A stretch of 64,000 bases of DNA from an uncultured bacterium (GTDB lineage: Bacteria > Cyanobacteriota > Cyanobacteriia > Thermostichales > Thermostichaceae): NCBI GenBank assembly GCA_964443615.1, contig CAYUEE010000002.1:32076-96075 (forward strand), read 5' to 3'. A program made the position numbers and the translations under genes. Below, piece by piece: positions 10,601 through 20,946 of this stretch. Each line of letters opens with the position of its first letter. The stretch's first letter is position 1. The notes beneath the pieces are model-generated. The model was given only the letters and a program-made list of their open reading frames with translations, made no database searches and had not been told where the DNA came from.

Positions 10601-11135
10601 CGATGTCGCCGCGCTGACTCCACTGACCTTCGGATTCGACCAGATCAACACGAGCATAGCCAAGCTGGGCTAGGAGGTGACTGAGATCCTTAAGGGACTG
10701 TTGGGATCCAGGCTTAAGGGTAGGGCAGCAGGATTGGAAGACCTCAGGTGGCGGAAGGTGTGGTTGCAAGGCACGTTCGGTAGCGATAACAGCCATACCT
10801 GAGCGACGTTTGCACAGATCAGCAAGGACTTGGAATTGCCCCCAGATGATCTCAGTCTCCGGGTCGAAGGGTTCATAGGGAGAGGCTTCGGAGGTGGGGT
10901 AAAAGTGCACAACCTCCCAGCCCATAGCTTCAAGCTGGGTAGTCCAACGGCCTGCCTCTTCCAAAGTAGCGGTGATGACCAAAAGGGAGGATTCTTGGCG
11001 TTGGGCAAGGGCAGAGGTGACTAGTCCTTTGGGGAGACGAGGAAGGCCTCGCAGGGGGAGGGGTGCGGCGGTCAGCTGCAGGGTGTCAAGGGAGGTCTGG
11101 AGGGCACGGACCAGGGGAATGAATGACATGGACAT
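7665..11135 (-). CDS. mfd: Transcription-repair coupling factor
   Basis: 1156 aa. Contains the CarD-like region ([15 protein letters not shown]), superfamily 2 helicase motifs ([26 protein letters not shown]) and a TRCF C-terminal domain. Confidence 0.97.
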   Translation of the reverse strand: MSMSFIPLVRALQTSLDTLQLTAAPLPLRGLPRLPKGLVTSALAQRQESSLLVITATLEEAGRWTTQLEAMGWEVVHFYPTSEASPYEPFDPETEIIWGQFQVLADLCKRRSGMAVIATERALQPHLPPPEVFQSCCPTLKPGSQQSLKDLSHLLAQLGYARVDLVESEGQWSQRGDIVDIYPVASEWPVRLEWFGDELEKLREFDPSTQRSQDPIAELSLTPTSYAALLTPILQDRPDLPDALIEALLSEHEIEGIRRYLGLAFEDPVGLGAYLPADTVVVIDEPDQSRAHSQQWLTHADDQFRQMVENEPALKAFHKPFDTALGSLASFKRIYTFELSDASGSDIDFKSRSVTAIPHQFGQLAKLIRDQRKQGFQVWMASAQPSRGVALLQEHDCPSQYVPNPKDFPAIDKLVETQTPIALKYSGLAELEGFILPTEGMLLLTDREFFGQRTLATASYVRKRRRATSKQVDPNLLQVGDYVVHKAHGIGRFLGMEVLSNSEGSREYLKIEYQDGLLRVAADQLNSLSRYRSTSDRPPTLNKLESKSWEKAKSKVEKAVKKVAHDLLDLYAKRAEQRGYAYPTDSPWQQEMEDSFPYQPTPDQLKSIQDVKQDMENELPMDRLVCGDVGFGKTEVAIRAIFKAVVAGKQVAFMAPTTILTQQHYNNLKERYAPYPIQVGLLNRFRTGEERRDVLNRLATGDIDLVVGTHQLLGKEIKFKDLGLLVIDEEQRFGVNQKEKIKALKTQVDVLTLTATPIPRTLYMALSGLREMSLITTPPPSRRPIKTHLSPYNPEVVRTAVRQELDRGGQIFYVVNRVEGIEEVAGKLRDMIPSARIAIAHGQMQEGELESTMLTFSSGDTDILVCTTIVESGLDIPRVNTILIEKAEAFGLSQLYQLRGRVGRAGIQAHAWLFYNNAVKLSEDARKRLRAIQEFTQLGSGYQLAMRDMEIRGVGNLLGTEQSGQVNAVGFDLYMDMLQEAIKEIRGQEIPAVDDTRVDLKVTAMIPQTYIPDGDQKMKAYRQVATGNSRVELYQISSEWIERYGSLPKPTEELFRIMELKHIAKSLGFARIRPDKEHVILETPMAEPAWQRLKEALPNHLQSRFVYQGGRNPKVVVRGLGQLPPAKQLESLIQWLEKMAFALKESASGSTLQTVN

Positions 11136-11242
11136 TGGTATAAGTAGACAATCAAAACATCCGCTGATGGATCCGAAGCAGTCTATCCCTCAGGGTGCGT
11201 GTGATCTCATTGTGACTCCAGTTTCGGCGAGTCCGGATCCTT

Positions 11243-11440
11243 CTAGCTACGGAATTGAGATTGGATAGCGTTGCCAAGGGCGGAGAGGTTATCGGCGAGG
11301 ATCACACGAGTTTTAGTAAGAGCCGTAGTGGTATTCTCCCGGAAGCTGGTGACTTCAGGGACATTATCGCGGACCCGCACCCAAGCTCGCCGACTCCAGA
11401 TGGAAAGATTTTTGGACACATTACTGACAAAAGCTTCCAT
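11243..11440 (-). CDS. Hypothetical small protein (65 aa)
   Basis: ATG at 11440 is preceded by AGGAG about 9 nt upstream. The longer 107-aa form from the ORF track has no such signal. I recognised no family. Confidence 0.4.
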   Translation of the reverse strand: MEAFVSNVSKNLSIWSRRAWVRVRDNVPEVTSFRENTTTALTKTRVILADNLSALGNAIQSQFRS

Positions 11441-11719
11441 TGAGTTATGTCTCCTAACTAAGTGACTCGCTCCCGATCCTAACGTTCCTGACAGAGCTCT
11501 GGCATTGACGGGGTTAGGTTTCGCCACGGTTTGGAAACTTGTCTGGAGGTGGAGCACAGTGCTCAATCCTCATGAGTCTTCAAAGGCCTCCACATACTCC
11601 ACCCCATTGAGAGGGGATCATCGCCCAGCCCGCCGGATCCAATTGAACTGAGCGGCCTTATCTATCTTTTCAAATCACTTATCCATGAACAGGATCCTGT
11701 GAGGTCACCCCCTAAGTAG

Positions 11720-12442
11720 CTATCTCAATAAGATCAGCACAGTAAACAGGGCGGCACCACCAAGAAATGAGAAGAAGCAGTTTTCCTTCTCGTCAGGGAG
11801 CTCGCGATTGAGCACATTAAGAATAATGACACCTGCTAGAAATGACCAGACAATAGCAATTCCGGCTTCATTTAAATGGGTAATTTGTCCCAAGATCGCA
11901 CCGATAATAATAGCTACAACGAGTAGCCATCGTCCTGCCATATCATACGATACTTGGTGGTGTTCACGTAGATTCTCATCAATGATGAATAGATGTAGAG
12001 CAATAGCAACAAAGAATAGGATACAAGCTAGTACACTATGCTCACCAAGTTCTTGTAGTAAGTATCCGGAAAGAATGTTTAGAACGGCAAACACATTAAT
12101 ATGGACCAAGAAAATATTTCTACTACTCTTTCCCCCGGCCTGTTCTTGCCGTTTTCCTCTCAAGGCCAACAAGTCTAAGCCATAAAAAAGTAAAAGTCCG
12201 ATCAATGCCAAGATGTAGACATGGTTTTCGAGATAATTAATGACTGGAATCTCAGCATGTTGAAGCTCTTCTTGGAAATGACTTAATTCTGGAAGAATTT
12301 CAAGAAAGACATAGCCTAGAGAAAAGCCTCCAGCAAATGAAATCCATCGAAAACGCGGAATAATAGCAAAAATCGGTAACTGAGAAGCAAAAGCATGAAT
12401 CAGGGCTAACCCGATTGCCATCATAAAACTGGGAGTAAGCAT
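11720..12442 (-). CDS. Hypothetical multi-pass membrane protein (possibly a distant metal-transporter-like fold)
   Basis: 240 aa with about 7-8 hydrophobic helices. It lies in an AT-richer stretch lacking GGATCC. No diagnostic motif was recognised. Confidence 0.65.
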   Translation of the reverse strand: MLTPSFMMAIGLALIHAFASQLPIFAIIPRFRWISFAGGFSLGYVFLEILPELSHFQEELQHAEIPVINYLENHVYILALIGLLLFYGLDLLALRGKRQEQAGGKSSRNIFLVHINVFAVLNILSGYLLQELGEHSVLACILFFVAIALHLFIIDENLREHHQVSYDMAGRWLLVVAIIIGAILGQITHLNEAGIAIVWSFLAGVIILNVLNRELPDEKENCFFSFLGGAALFTVLILLR

Positions 12443-13027
12443 GATTGTTGAGTCGAAATGAAGAAATTAAAGCGAGATGACAAATTCTCACACAGTCTGA
12501 GGGTATACAGTCGATCACCAAAGGGGAGTGTATAGGCGCACGATAATCCCAGCATCAGTCACAAAGTTGAGGACCATAACGTTACAGTCAGTTAGAGCTT
12601 ACTTACCGTATTCAACCGTACCTAAGTTCATGAATACGTTCATCAATAGTTAGTCTAGGACTATGGTATCCTTCCGTTCGGTGACCTAGATGAATTTCCC
12701 CTGAAGAGAGTAACAATATCCTCTGAACTGATTGAGAAGGATTCAAGGCCCTAACCCTCAAACTGAACACAATTTCATTTCCAATTCAGAGAAGGACTAA
12801 GGATCCACTCACGCAACTGGGCAAGGAGGTGCCTGGCCCTGTAATGAGTCAGACATAGGCAGGGAGATGGTCTTCTCTAAATACCTGTTTAAACATGTTT
12901 AAACAATAGTGTGCCCCAGCTGCTGAGCATTGCGGCTAGGGACACCTTATTCCCACGGATCCGGATCCTTTACTCCTTCGGCGTTGACCCATGCCTCATC
13001 CTCATCTCCCCTGAACTCGATCGCCCC

Positions 13028-13062
13028 AAAAAGGGATCCGACACTGTAGGTGGGATCCCTTT
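13028..13062 (-). terminator. Intrinsic terminator-like hairpin downstream of the CBS gene
   Basis: On the minus strand: AAAGGGATCC, a 13-nt loop, then GGATCCCTTTTT. The stem is built from two GGATCC copies and is followed by a T run. It lies about 58 nt after the stop. Confidence 0.55.
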
Positions 13063-13119
13063 GGTGGGATCTGTTGAAGTTGGGGTGATGGACTGGACAC
13101 TCTCTGCAACGGTAGTGAC

Positions 13120-13584
13120 TCACTGTTGCAGTAAAGCCATTGCACGAACAATATCACCGCTGGTAATTATTCCTACCACCTTGCCCTCTGGGCTAATGAC
13201 AGGTAATCGGCGAATGTCTCGTTGGTGCATCAAATGAGCTGCCTCGGATAACGGACGCTCAGGTTGAATGGATTGAGGACGACTACTCATCACTTCCCCC
13301 ACTGTCTGTCCTAAGGCTTTGTGAACTTCCTTTTCGTAGCGGCGGGGATTTTTCAAATAGATCACGCTGTCAAGAAACATGAAATAAAGCGGCTGTTCTA
13401 CGCCTGTTTCTTTCCACATTAAATCACGTTCTGAGAGGATGCCGACTAATGTTCCGTTGCTATCTACTACAGGTAAGCCACTGATCTGTTTCTCAGCGAT
13501 AAGTTTAATGGCTTGTCCGATCGGGGTTTCCGGCTGCACCACGAAGGGATCTAGAGTCATGACATCGGCGACAGTTCTAGACAT
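13120..13584 (-). CDS. CBS-domain pair protein
   Basis: Two CBS repeats are present (VADVMT...ISGLPVVD and VGEVMS...IRRLPVIS). ATG at 13584 has a GAGGGAAG-like Shine-Dalgarno (SD) sequence. The ORF-track start at 13620 is TTG. Confidence 0.85.
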   Translation of the reverse strand: MSRTVADVMTLDPFVVQPETPIGQAIKLIAEKQISGLPVVDSNGTLVGILSERDLMWKETGVEQPLYFMFLDSVIYLKNPRRYEKEVHKALGQTVGEVMSSRPQSIQPERPLSEAAHLMHQRDIRRLPVISPEGKVVGIITSGDIVRAMALLQQ

Positions 13585-13954
13585 GAGTTCTTCCCTCTGG
13601 ACGATGGATGGGAGTCGCAACCGCGCTCCTTATATCTTTAGCTTACTACGGACTCGATCGAAAGGGAAAAGAGATAATCGAATGTAACGTTTGAGGAGGT
13701 TTGAACTGATCACTAGGTCGACAGGGTCTGAGTTCATGGAGTCTAAATTCATGGGGTCTGAGTTGCTGAAGATGAGCCCTCGAAGGTAAGAAGGCAGGAT
13801 CCTTGCTCTTAAAGGAACTTGATAAAATGGTATGGTTCAATCGAAATTTACCTCATCAGATAGAGCTTAGGTGAATCCAATGAGGTAAACTAACAAAATT
13901 GAGTCATCACCTTAAGTGAACGATAGTCATTAACTTAAGGGAATGATGTAGTAG

Positions 13955-16219
13955 CTATGGCAGATTAGCGGTTGAGTAGTTCAGGTATCGAGACTGGAAT
14001 TGATTAATGTTGATGCCTGTGAACTGGTTCAGCGGCACATTGGTATCTCCAATCCCCAGGATCCACATCAGCTCCCCGGTGTCTGAGAAGTCGAGACGGT
14101 GGTCAGGATCGTAGTAATTGAAGGCTGCTTGCCAAGAGTCACCAAATACAGGATGGTTGACGGCGGCTTGCACAAAGGCCTCATTATCAGACCTGCGGTT
14201 CAAATAGGCGTTAGCATCTTTGATCCGGATATAGTCGGTTTGAGGGACCGCGACAGCTTTGCGTCCGCCATTCCAAGTGATACCACCCACAAAGCGGAGG
14301 TCACTGTCTGTGGTCTTCTGCTCGTTCCAATTGCTGTGCTGCACCACATGGATTCGTGTCTGCGTGTCATATCCTTGCTGTTGTAATAGAGCGACGACAT
14401 CAGCTGTGATATCAGACTGACCGCCTTCTTTAACCCAAACGTCACCGCCACTATTGATTGTTTGAGACCAACGAGCCGTCATCGTAGATACAGCACCATC
14501 CCAGTCAGCATCGGCGTTAACATAGCCTCCGCAGGGATTGAAAACAGTATCCATCACCAGCTCTGACTTGGAGTTATAGGTTGAAGCATTGGTGCCATAG
14601 GTTCCAGCCACAGCTAGGACATTGCTTTGAATAAACCCACACCCGAACTCAGATTCCAGAATGGTTCGATCGGCAGCAGCTGAGTGGCCATCATCTTTAT
14701 CAGGGGCATGGTCGTAGTGAAGCGAGAGTAGGTCAGTATTGGGATTAAAGTCATTGAGTGTGGGTGGCGGCGGTGTCGGACCTGGGGTGGGTGTAGCACT
14801 AGACCCGATGACTGTCAGTCCCAGAGTTAAGCTTGCGAGTTCTGATCCGGATCCGTTAGAACCTGAGAAGGCTGAGATCGATAGCTGCTTGTTCCCTGGA
14901 ACAGTGAGTGGAGCCCACTCTGCAAAGTCTCCGTTGGAGTCCCCACCAATAGCATAGGGCACGACATTTTCTGTCTGAATGGTGTTGATCGGATCCTTGA
15001 ACACGACACTATTCACACCTTCAACCTGAGGATCCACTTGTAGGGAGAGATTTGAGGGTAGGGTCCCTAGATCGAGGATTATTCCATCTTGTAAGTCGCT
15101 GTAACCAGAGACCACAGTGTCAGTGTCGCTATTGATTAATGACACAATCATTGAGCTGGCAACAGGTGTCGGAGTGGGTGTTGGTGTTGCTGTTGGAGTG
15201 GGTGTCGGAGTTGGGACTGGAGTGGGGGTTGCAGTTGGCGTGGGAGCAGGTGTAGGGGTTACAGTTGGTGTGGGAGCTGCAGTTGGTGTGGGAGTTGGAG
15301 CAGGCGTCGGTGTTATGGTTGGTGCAGGTGTGGGAGTTGCAGAGGATCCGTTCTGCACACGAACCACAAGGGAGCGCTCACCTAAGGCTTCCCCTTGACC
15401 ACTTTTCTGGTTAAAGCCGGTGGCTGTGATGGTGTAGGTCCCTACCGTCGGCTTCCAGGGCTTGAAGTTACCAGAATTATCACCAGCTAGTGCAAACGGA
15501 GCATAGCTTTCAGTTTGAAAATTAGGGTTCTGATTCAAGCCAAACCGGACACTGCTAACCTCAGGTTGAGCATTGGCTACTACGTTGATTCTAGGGGTCT
15601 GGCTGAGATCGATCACTGCGTTGTTTAACAATGGATCCACAATGATCTCATCCGTATCAGCATCCACAAGCACAAATCCAGTGATGACACTGTCTTCAGG
15701 ATCCTGTGGGGGATCAACTACAGGCTCATCTATGACCGTGAATGTTAACGAGGCTGAGCTGAGCTGACTCCCTCGCCCCTGAGACTCACTAAAAGCCGTG
15801 GCTGTAACGGTGTACTCTCCTGGTGTAGGCGTCCAGATGGTGTAATTTCCGCGAGAATCACCCAACAGCGCGTAGGGTACCACACTTTCTGTACTAGCTG
15901 CCTGACCGTTCAATGTGAAGACGACGCTGCCCACTGCACCGCTGGTGTTCGCTCGAATGCTCAGTTTGGAGGTGGGTAAGGTTGCTAAGTTCAAGACTTG
16001 AGCGTCAGATAACGTATTGAACCCCTCAATCTCAGTATTCAACTCGGCATTGATTAAGCTGAATCCGCTGATGGCTGCAGCCACTAACGTTGTCACTTGA
16101 TCTTCACCGGCACTCACCGTGGTGATAGGAGAGCTGCCACATCCCGCTAGTATCATGACACTACAAACCGATACGCTTAAAGATAAGCCGAGACAAAATC
16201 GACGCACTTCTAAAGTCAT
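13955..16219 (-). CDS. Modular surface lipoprotein: three ~105-aa beta-sandwich-like repeats, Pro/Thr linkers, and a C-terminal ~270-aa globular domain
   Basis: ATG at 16219 gives a signal peptide with the lipobox ILAGC. Three internal repeats share the pattern L(I/V)(N/D)ADTD...VPYA(L/I)(L/G)GD(S/N)xGN(Y/F)...YT(V/I)TATAF. Long [10 protein letters not shown] linkers separate the modules. Confidence 0.85.
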   Translation of the reverse strand: MTLEVRRFCLGLSLSVSVCSVMILAGCGSSPITTVSAGEDQVTTLVAAAISGFSLINAELNTEIEGFNTLSDAQVLNLATLPTSKLSIRANTSGAVGSVVFTLNGQAASTESVVPYALLGDSRGNYTIWTPTPGEYTVTATAFSESQGRGSQLSSASLTFTVIDEPVVDPPQDPEDSVITGFVLVDADTDEIIVDPLLNNAVIDLSQTPRINVVANAQPEVSSVRFGLNQNPNFQTESYAPFALAGDNSGNFKPWKPTVGTYTITATGFNQKSGQGEALGERSLVVRVQNGSSATPTPAPTITPTPAPTPTPTAAPTPTVTPTPAPTPTATPTPVPTPTPTPTATPTPTPTPVASSMIVSLINSDTDTVVSGYSDLQDGIILDLGTLPSNLSLQVDPQVEGVNSVVFKDPINTIQTENVVPYAIGGDSNGDFAEWAPLTVPGNKQLSISAFSGSNGSGSELASLTLGLTVIGSSATPTPGPTPPPPTLNDFNPNTDLLSLHYDHAPDKDDGHSAAADRTILESEFGCGFIQSNVLAVAGTYGTNASTYNSKSELVMDTVFNPCGGYVNADADWDGAVSTMTARWSQTINSGGDVWVKEGGQSDITADVVALLQQQGYDTQTRIHVVQHSNWNEQKTTDSDLRFVGGITWNGGRKAVAVPQTDYIRIKDANAYLNRRSDNEAFVQAAVNHPVFGDSWQAAFNYYDPDHRLDFSDTGELMWILGIGDTNVPLNQFTGININQFQSRYLNYSTANLP

Positions 16220-16939
16220 ATTTAGACCTTCTGGTAACAGAAACTCGCTCTGGAGCATTATGGATGCCCCTTGTTAGCCAGCCGTAATCTAAAAGACTTG
16301 AACAGAGTTTAACAATGTCAATTCCTCTTAAAAATGCATCGGCTCCTCGCGCCGGACTCTCAGTATTAATCAGTATTGGTAATCGGATCCTGTGGAATAT
16401 GCGAACTAGCTTTTCGAATGCAGTTATTGTTTATGCTTGGTCTCATCATCACCCTACTATCCGGTGAACAGACCCGTTTTCCACTTAATAATTATCATCA
16501 GATATCAGTAGTGAAGAGGATTCTAGCTACTGCAGTAGAGGGACAGCCTGTAACTAATCCGTAAATCAACTGAGCCCAGTACCTGATAGTAACATAATTT
16601 AGTTAGTGAGTCTGAAACGTGTCCAAATCATGACGCGTCTACTGATCGGGGTCTGACAGTAGTCACAGCGTATCCGATGCAGGTTGCCGAGGCATGAAGC
16701 CGCCTAGCCCTTGATAACAAAAAAGATAAGAAAGCACATAAACTTTATAAAGCATAAATGAAGCTTCCAGAATTGACAACATTGTTTTCTCTCGACTCTG
16801 AAACCAAAATTTAAGCCCTCTGATGAGTGCGACGTAAAATCTATACCTGTGAGTCTCATCTAATAATCTTGAGACTGACCTTAGCAATGGTGAATAGTTT
16901 GAGCGGATCCTCGGAACTTGGACATCAAACATTAATAGT

Positions 16940-18937
16940 TCAAGGTTCCTGTCTCAAGACTAGGGTTCCGATAGCATCCATCTCAACCTGCCAACCTGGA
17001 TCTACAACTGCTGTCGCCTCTGCCATCTCAATAATGGCTGGGCCTTTGAAGGTATCTCCTGTTCCCATCCATTCATGCCGATAGATAGGGACTCGTTGAA
17101 ACTGCTCCATAACCCATACGTTGCGATGCCCAATAATAGGATCCTTTTGCTGAATCGGGGCCGTTAATGTCACTCGTGGTCGCACTTGTCGGGCGCTGAG
17201 GCGGCTATGGACCACTTCAATGGGTTGACTAGGATCCTGCCAGCCATATCGTTGGTGATGGATTTGATGGAAACGAGCTTGGATGGCAGTGGAAGTCTCA
17301 TGCCATTCGATGGGAATCGTCAGTTCAAACGATTGGCCTCGATAGCGCAGATCTAAACTGGCGGCCAGGATCGGTTCATTAAGATCGTGATGAGCCTGTT
17401 GCCTTAATAGTTCAAGGTATTGGGCTCGGTTGAAGTCCCCGAGGGGTTTGAGCACAGCCTGACGGTAGTCGCGACGGAGGTCTGATAAGGCCATGCCGAA
17501 CGCCGATAATACCCCGCAAGCTCTAGGGAATAGAACCGTTCGCATGTCCATCATGTCTGCTAGAGCACAGGCGTGCATCGGCCCTGCCCCTCCGAAGGCC
17601 ATTAGGGCAAAGCTAGCGGGGACCAACCCTCGTTCCACGCTGATCACACGGAGAGCTCGGGCCATGTGGGTGTTGGCTAGGGTCCGAATCCCTAACGCCA
17701 TGTCTTGAATAGATAGACCTAATGGAGTTGCGATGGATTGAATCGCCTCTGCTGCCCGTTGACGACTCAGCCGAACGGATCCGCCTAACACGCCACCATC
17801 GGGCAAGTATCCCAGCCACACATTGGCATCGGTAACGGTAGGGGCCACTCCACCTAAGCCATAACAGGCCGGTCCAGGTGTAGATCCAGCACTCCGAGGC
17901 CCCACTTGAATGCCCCCTCCTGCCACAACGGCGGCAATGGATCCTCCCCCGGCACTGACGGTGTGAATGTCGATCTGAGGTTGGAGGACCGGGTAGCCAC
18001 AGACTACAGCCTGGGGAGTGAGTTGGGGGGATCCGTTCTGAACTAGAGCTACATCAGTGCTAGTGCCCCCCATGTCGAAGGTGAGGAGATTGTGATACCC
18101 TGACAACGATCCAACGTAAGCAGCACCGTACACGCCACCGGCAGGTCCTGAAAGGAGCACTTTGGAGGCATGAGCCGCCGCATCAGCCAGCGTAGTGACA
18201 CCTCCCGAGGATTGCATAATAACGGGTTCTGGGATCCCTCGTGAGTGGCAGCCAGCTGCTAATTGAGTCAGATAGCGGGACAGAGGCGGGCTGAGGTAGG
18301 CATCTAGGGCGGTGGTACTGAGCCGTTCATATTCACGAAACTCGGGCGCCACTTCACTAGACAACGAGACATGGATCGTGGGAAAGGCTTGACGGAGAGC
18401 GGCTCCCAGTTGACGTTCGTGTTGAGGATAGAGGAAGGCAAACAGGAAACCAACTGCAATGGACTGGATACCCTCAGTAGTGATGATCGGGGCGACGGTT
18501 CGCAGGATCCGGTCAACTTCGGTCTTTGTCAGGGGTGTGATCACGCCATCTCGGCTACACCGTTCCTGAACACCCAAGCACCACACTCTAGGGATGACAG
18601 GATCCGGCTTGGGTTGAGTGAGGTCGTAGAGAGAGGGGCGGTTTTGCCGACCAATGTGGAGGAGATCTCGAAAGCCTACTGTTGTCAGCAGGAGAGTGGG
18701 AGCCCCTTGCCGCTCTAGTAGAGCATTGGTGGCAACAGTCATGCCATGGCTGAAGCCGTCGGGAGGTAAAGATCCGGGTCCACCTGAGATCCCCACCTGA
18801 CCCAGTGCCGTAAAGACACCGTCTGCGGGAGCCCCTGTAGACAACACTTTTGCTGTCCGCAGCTGCCCATTCTGCAACAGAACCAAGTCAGTAAAGGTGC
18901 CCCCGATGTCAACGCCAACTAGAACCGGATCCTGCAT
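16940..18937 (-). CDS. Hydantoinase/oxoprolinase family protein (HyuA-type, ATP-dependent)
   Basis: 665 aa with N-terminal VGVDIGGTFTDLVL and FDMGGTSTDVAL motifs, typical of the hydantoinase A / oxoprolinase family. Confidence 0.93.
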   Translation of the reverse strand: MQDPVLVGVDIGGTFTDLVLLQNGQLRTAKVLSTGAPADGVFTALGQVGISGGPGSLPPDGFSHGMTVATNALLERQGAPTLLLTTVGFRDLLHIGRQNRPSLYDLTQPKPDPVIPRVWCLGVQERCSRDGVITPLTKTEVDRILRTVAPIITTEGIQSIAVGFLFAFLYPQHERQLGAALRQAFPTIHVSLSSEVAPEFREYERLSTTALDAYLSPPLSRYLTQLAAGCHSRGIPEPVIMQSSGGVTTLADAAAHASKVLLSGPAGGVYGAAYVGSLSGYHNLLTFDMGGTSTDVALVQNGSPQLTPQAVVCGYPVLQPQIDIHTVSAGGGSIAAVVAGGGIQVGPRSAGSTPGPACYGLGGVAPTVTDANVWLGYLPDGGVLGGSVRLSRQRAAEAIQSIATPLGLSIQDMALGIRTLANTHMARALRVISVERGLVPASFALMAFGGAGPMHACALADMMDMRTVLFPRACGVLSAFGMALSDLRRDYRQAVLKPLGDFNRAQYLELLRQQAHHDLNEPILAASLDLRYRGQSFELTIPIEWHETSTAIQARFHQIHHQRYGWQDPSQPIEVVHSRLSARQVRPRVTLTAPIQQKDPIIGHRNVWVMEQFQRVPIYRHEWMGTGDTFKGPAIIEMAEATAVVDPGWQVEMDAIGTLVLRQEP

Positions 18938-18951
18938 ATCATGTGGTGCTG

Positions 18952-19692
18952 TTAGGAGGGTGATTGGGACTGAAGGGCATCCAAGGACTCCACGGCTTTG
19001 TCTTGGACAATCCAGGTGGTGACAATATCCACTTGCTCCTCATTCCAAAACCCAATGGTGGAGACATCATAGCCCCTGGACCGGGTGTAAGCAATTTCGG
19101 GAGACCCACCGCCAAATCGAGTGGGGGCATGGCGCTGAGTCCAACGGGGATCAATCAGTTCACTAGAGGACTCCCCAGGCGTGACATAGGCAAGTACAGC
19201 GTCATAGCTATCGAGGAGCTGAGTCCGTTGACGGCCTTGAGGCTGATGGCACCCAACACAGTGAGCGTCTAGCAGAGGAAGAATATCACGCTCATAGGTA
19301 AACTCGGGCTCGCTCCTGAACATGAGTTGAATTGGATCGGATCCTGTTAGTGAGGTCTCGCTGGGAACAGTCACCGTGTAATCAGTGCTGTAGTCCCAAT
19401 TCTCAGTTGCTTGAATCAATAAACGCTCCCCCTGAATGTCAAAAATGATCGGGGTCTCCGGCTCAGTTTCAATCGCCAATTCGCTGATCGACTGAGGGAG
19501 AGCAGCGTCGAACACAAACTGCAATACTTTTTCAATAGGAACGGCTTTAGACCCTTCAGCTGGGTCGGAACTTTGCACAGTGAACGACTGCGATTCCACC
19601 GATACCACCCAGCTAAACCCCATTACTAACGCGACGATGATGACCGATAGCAGCCGTAATCCCAGCACCCGTTTCGACTTAGCCATATCCAT
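18952..19692 (-). CDS. Secreted or membrane-anchored protein with an Ig-like N-domain and a CxxCH c-type heme motif (planctomycete-cytochrome-like segment)
   Basis: Starting at MDMAKSKRVLGLRLLSVIIVALV gives a signal anchor. The segment DILPLLDAHCVGCHQPQGRQRTQLLDSYDAVLAYVTPGESSSELI contains CVGCH. It lies 14 nt upstream of the hydantoinase gene on the same strand. Confidence 0.65.
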   Translation of the reverse strand: MDMAKSKRVLGLRLLSVIIVALVMGFSWVVSVESQSFTVQSSDPAEGSKAVPIEKVLQFVFDAALPQSISELAIETEPETPIIFDIQGERLLIQATENWDYSTDYTVTVPSETSLTGSDPIQLMFRSEPEFTYERDILPLLDAHCVGCHQPQGRQRTQLLDSYDAVLAYVTPGESSSELIDPRWTQRHAPTRFGGGSPEIAYTRSRGYDVSTIGFWNEEQVDIVTTWIVQDKAVESLDALQSQSPS

Positions 19693-19944
19693 GTCCCAAC
19701 GCTTCCCTGAAATGATATCAATCAACTTTGCGGATGGGACTCTTCTTGCCGCAGTCGCCAGCACCTTTACAGGCCGATTCACTGACTAAGATCCGTGGAA
19801 GATTGAGGCCTGTATCCTATCACTGTCCGGAGCCGTTAAGCGGTCAGGGCTGATTAAGGGATCCCTCTAGCCATCAGACTCAGGCTTCCCGCAAGCGTCG
19901 AAGCGGATCCACTCGGCAGTTGTGCCATCACAATCAAGTCCAGT

Positions 19945-20940
19945 TCAGTTTTGCTTCTCAGGAGCTCGATAGGGTCGGCGAGGTGTAGTCGCGGTCGCTA
20001 ACTTCTGCACAATGGCCAAAACATCTCGGTAGTGGGTTTGGATCCGTTTAATTGTCGGTTCGGGAAGATTGAACTCCTGACGATATGAGTCTTCAAGAGC
20101 CATTTTTTGTTCTGTATAAGCCTCCTTCAACGCTGCTTCAATACTGGGACGATTGAGCGTAATCGGAATATCAACTTTAATCACCAAATCTCCATTTGGC
20201 ATCACCTCAAGCCCCCGCAGGACGATGGGCTCATTGCCATGCTCGTCTCTGACTTTTTGGTAAGACTGCAGCAAGGCTGACCAGTTAATCCCAGCCGGGA
20301 ACAGCAGTTCAATTGTGCTGGTGGCCTGCTGAAATACTTGAGCAAACTCATTGGGTCCCAACGACTGACGTTCATTGGGAGGGAATCGATTGAACTTGCG
20401 CTGACGCGACGCCTGATAGCTCAAAAACACATGCTGGCAGGTGAGATCCTCCATTTGTGTTGACGCATTGATAGTCCATCCTTCAATACAAGCGCCGGTT
20501 AAATTTGCCCCTGACAGATCAGCCCCACTTAACTGTGTCCCGATCAACAAGGATCCGTGCAAATCAGCTCCACTCAAATTGGCCTGGTGGAAATCGGCCC
20601 CCGAGAGATTCGTGTTACTTAAATCGGCCCCAGTTAAATTTGCTTCTTGCAATTGAGCCGCTCGCACATTGGCCCCCCGCAAATCCGCTTGGATGAGGAA
20701 AGCCCCTTGCATATCCGCTTCTACCAAGGAGGAGGCTCGTAAGTCTGCTCGTAAGAGATAGGCTCGTCGCAAATTAACACGGACTAGACTGGTCATGAAC
20801 AGATCCATTGAATTCATATTCATGCCCCGCAGGTCCGTTCCATCCAGATTCACCTGCAGCGCTGGATTCTCTTTGCGCCACTTGTTCCACGTCACACTTC
20901 CACGACGAACTAGCTCTCGAAGCTCCATGCTCAACCCCAT
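19945..20940 (-). CDS. Pentapeptide-repeat protein with a non-repeat C-terminal domain
   Basis: About 130 aa of A(D/N)LxG-type quintets (ADLRGANVRAAQLQEANLTGADLSNTNLSGADFHQANLSGADLHG...), followed by about 170 aa of non-repeat sequence. Confidence 0.9.
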   Translation of the reverse strand: MGLSMELRELVRRGSVTWNKWRKENPALQVNLDGTDLRGMNMNSMDLFMTSLVRVNLRRAYLLRADLRASSLVEADMQGAFLIQADLRGANVRAAQLQEANLTGADLSNTNLSGADFHQANLSGADLHGSLLIGTQLSGADLSGANLTGACIEGWTINASTQMEDLTCQHVFLSYQASRQRKFNRFPPNERQSLGPNEFAQVFQQATSTIELLFPAGINWSALLQSYQKVRDEHGNEPIVLRGLEVMPNGDLVIKVDIPITLNRPSIEAALKEAYTEQKMALEDSYRQEFNLPEPTIKRIQTHYRDVLAIVQKLATATTPRRPYRAPEKQN

Positions 20941-20946
20941 TGACGT

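Noticed and set aside
12911-13237. ORF 12911-13237 (plus strand) upstream of and overlapping the CBS gene
   Set aside because: Its 3' part is antisense to the well-supported CBS gene, and its 5' part spans the predicted terminator hairpin. No coding features.
15117-15398. Gly/Val-rich ORFs (15117-15398 plus strand and 45047-45388 minus strand) that look like repetitive proteins
   Set aside because: They are the antisense reading of the Pro/Thr-linker coding repeats (ACNCCN read as GGNGTN) inside two well-supported lipoprotein genes. They are shadow ORFs.
16376-16932. ORFs 16376-16564 (plus) and 16663-16932 (minus) in the AT-rich gap
   Set aside because: Odd composition (Phe/Leu/Tyr/Ser-rich as expected from AT-rich non-coding DNA), no translation signals, and no motif.
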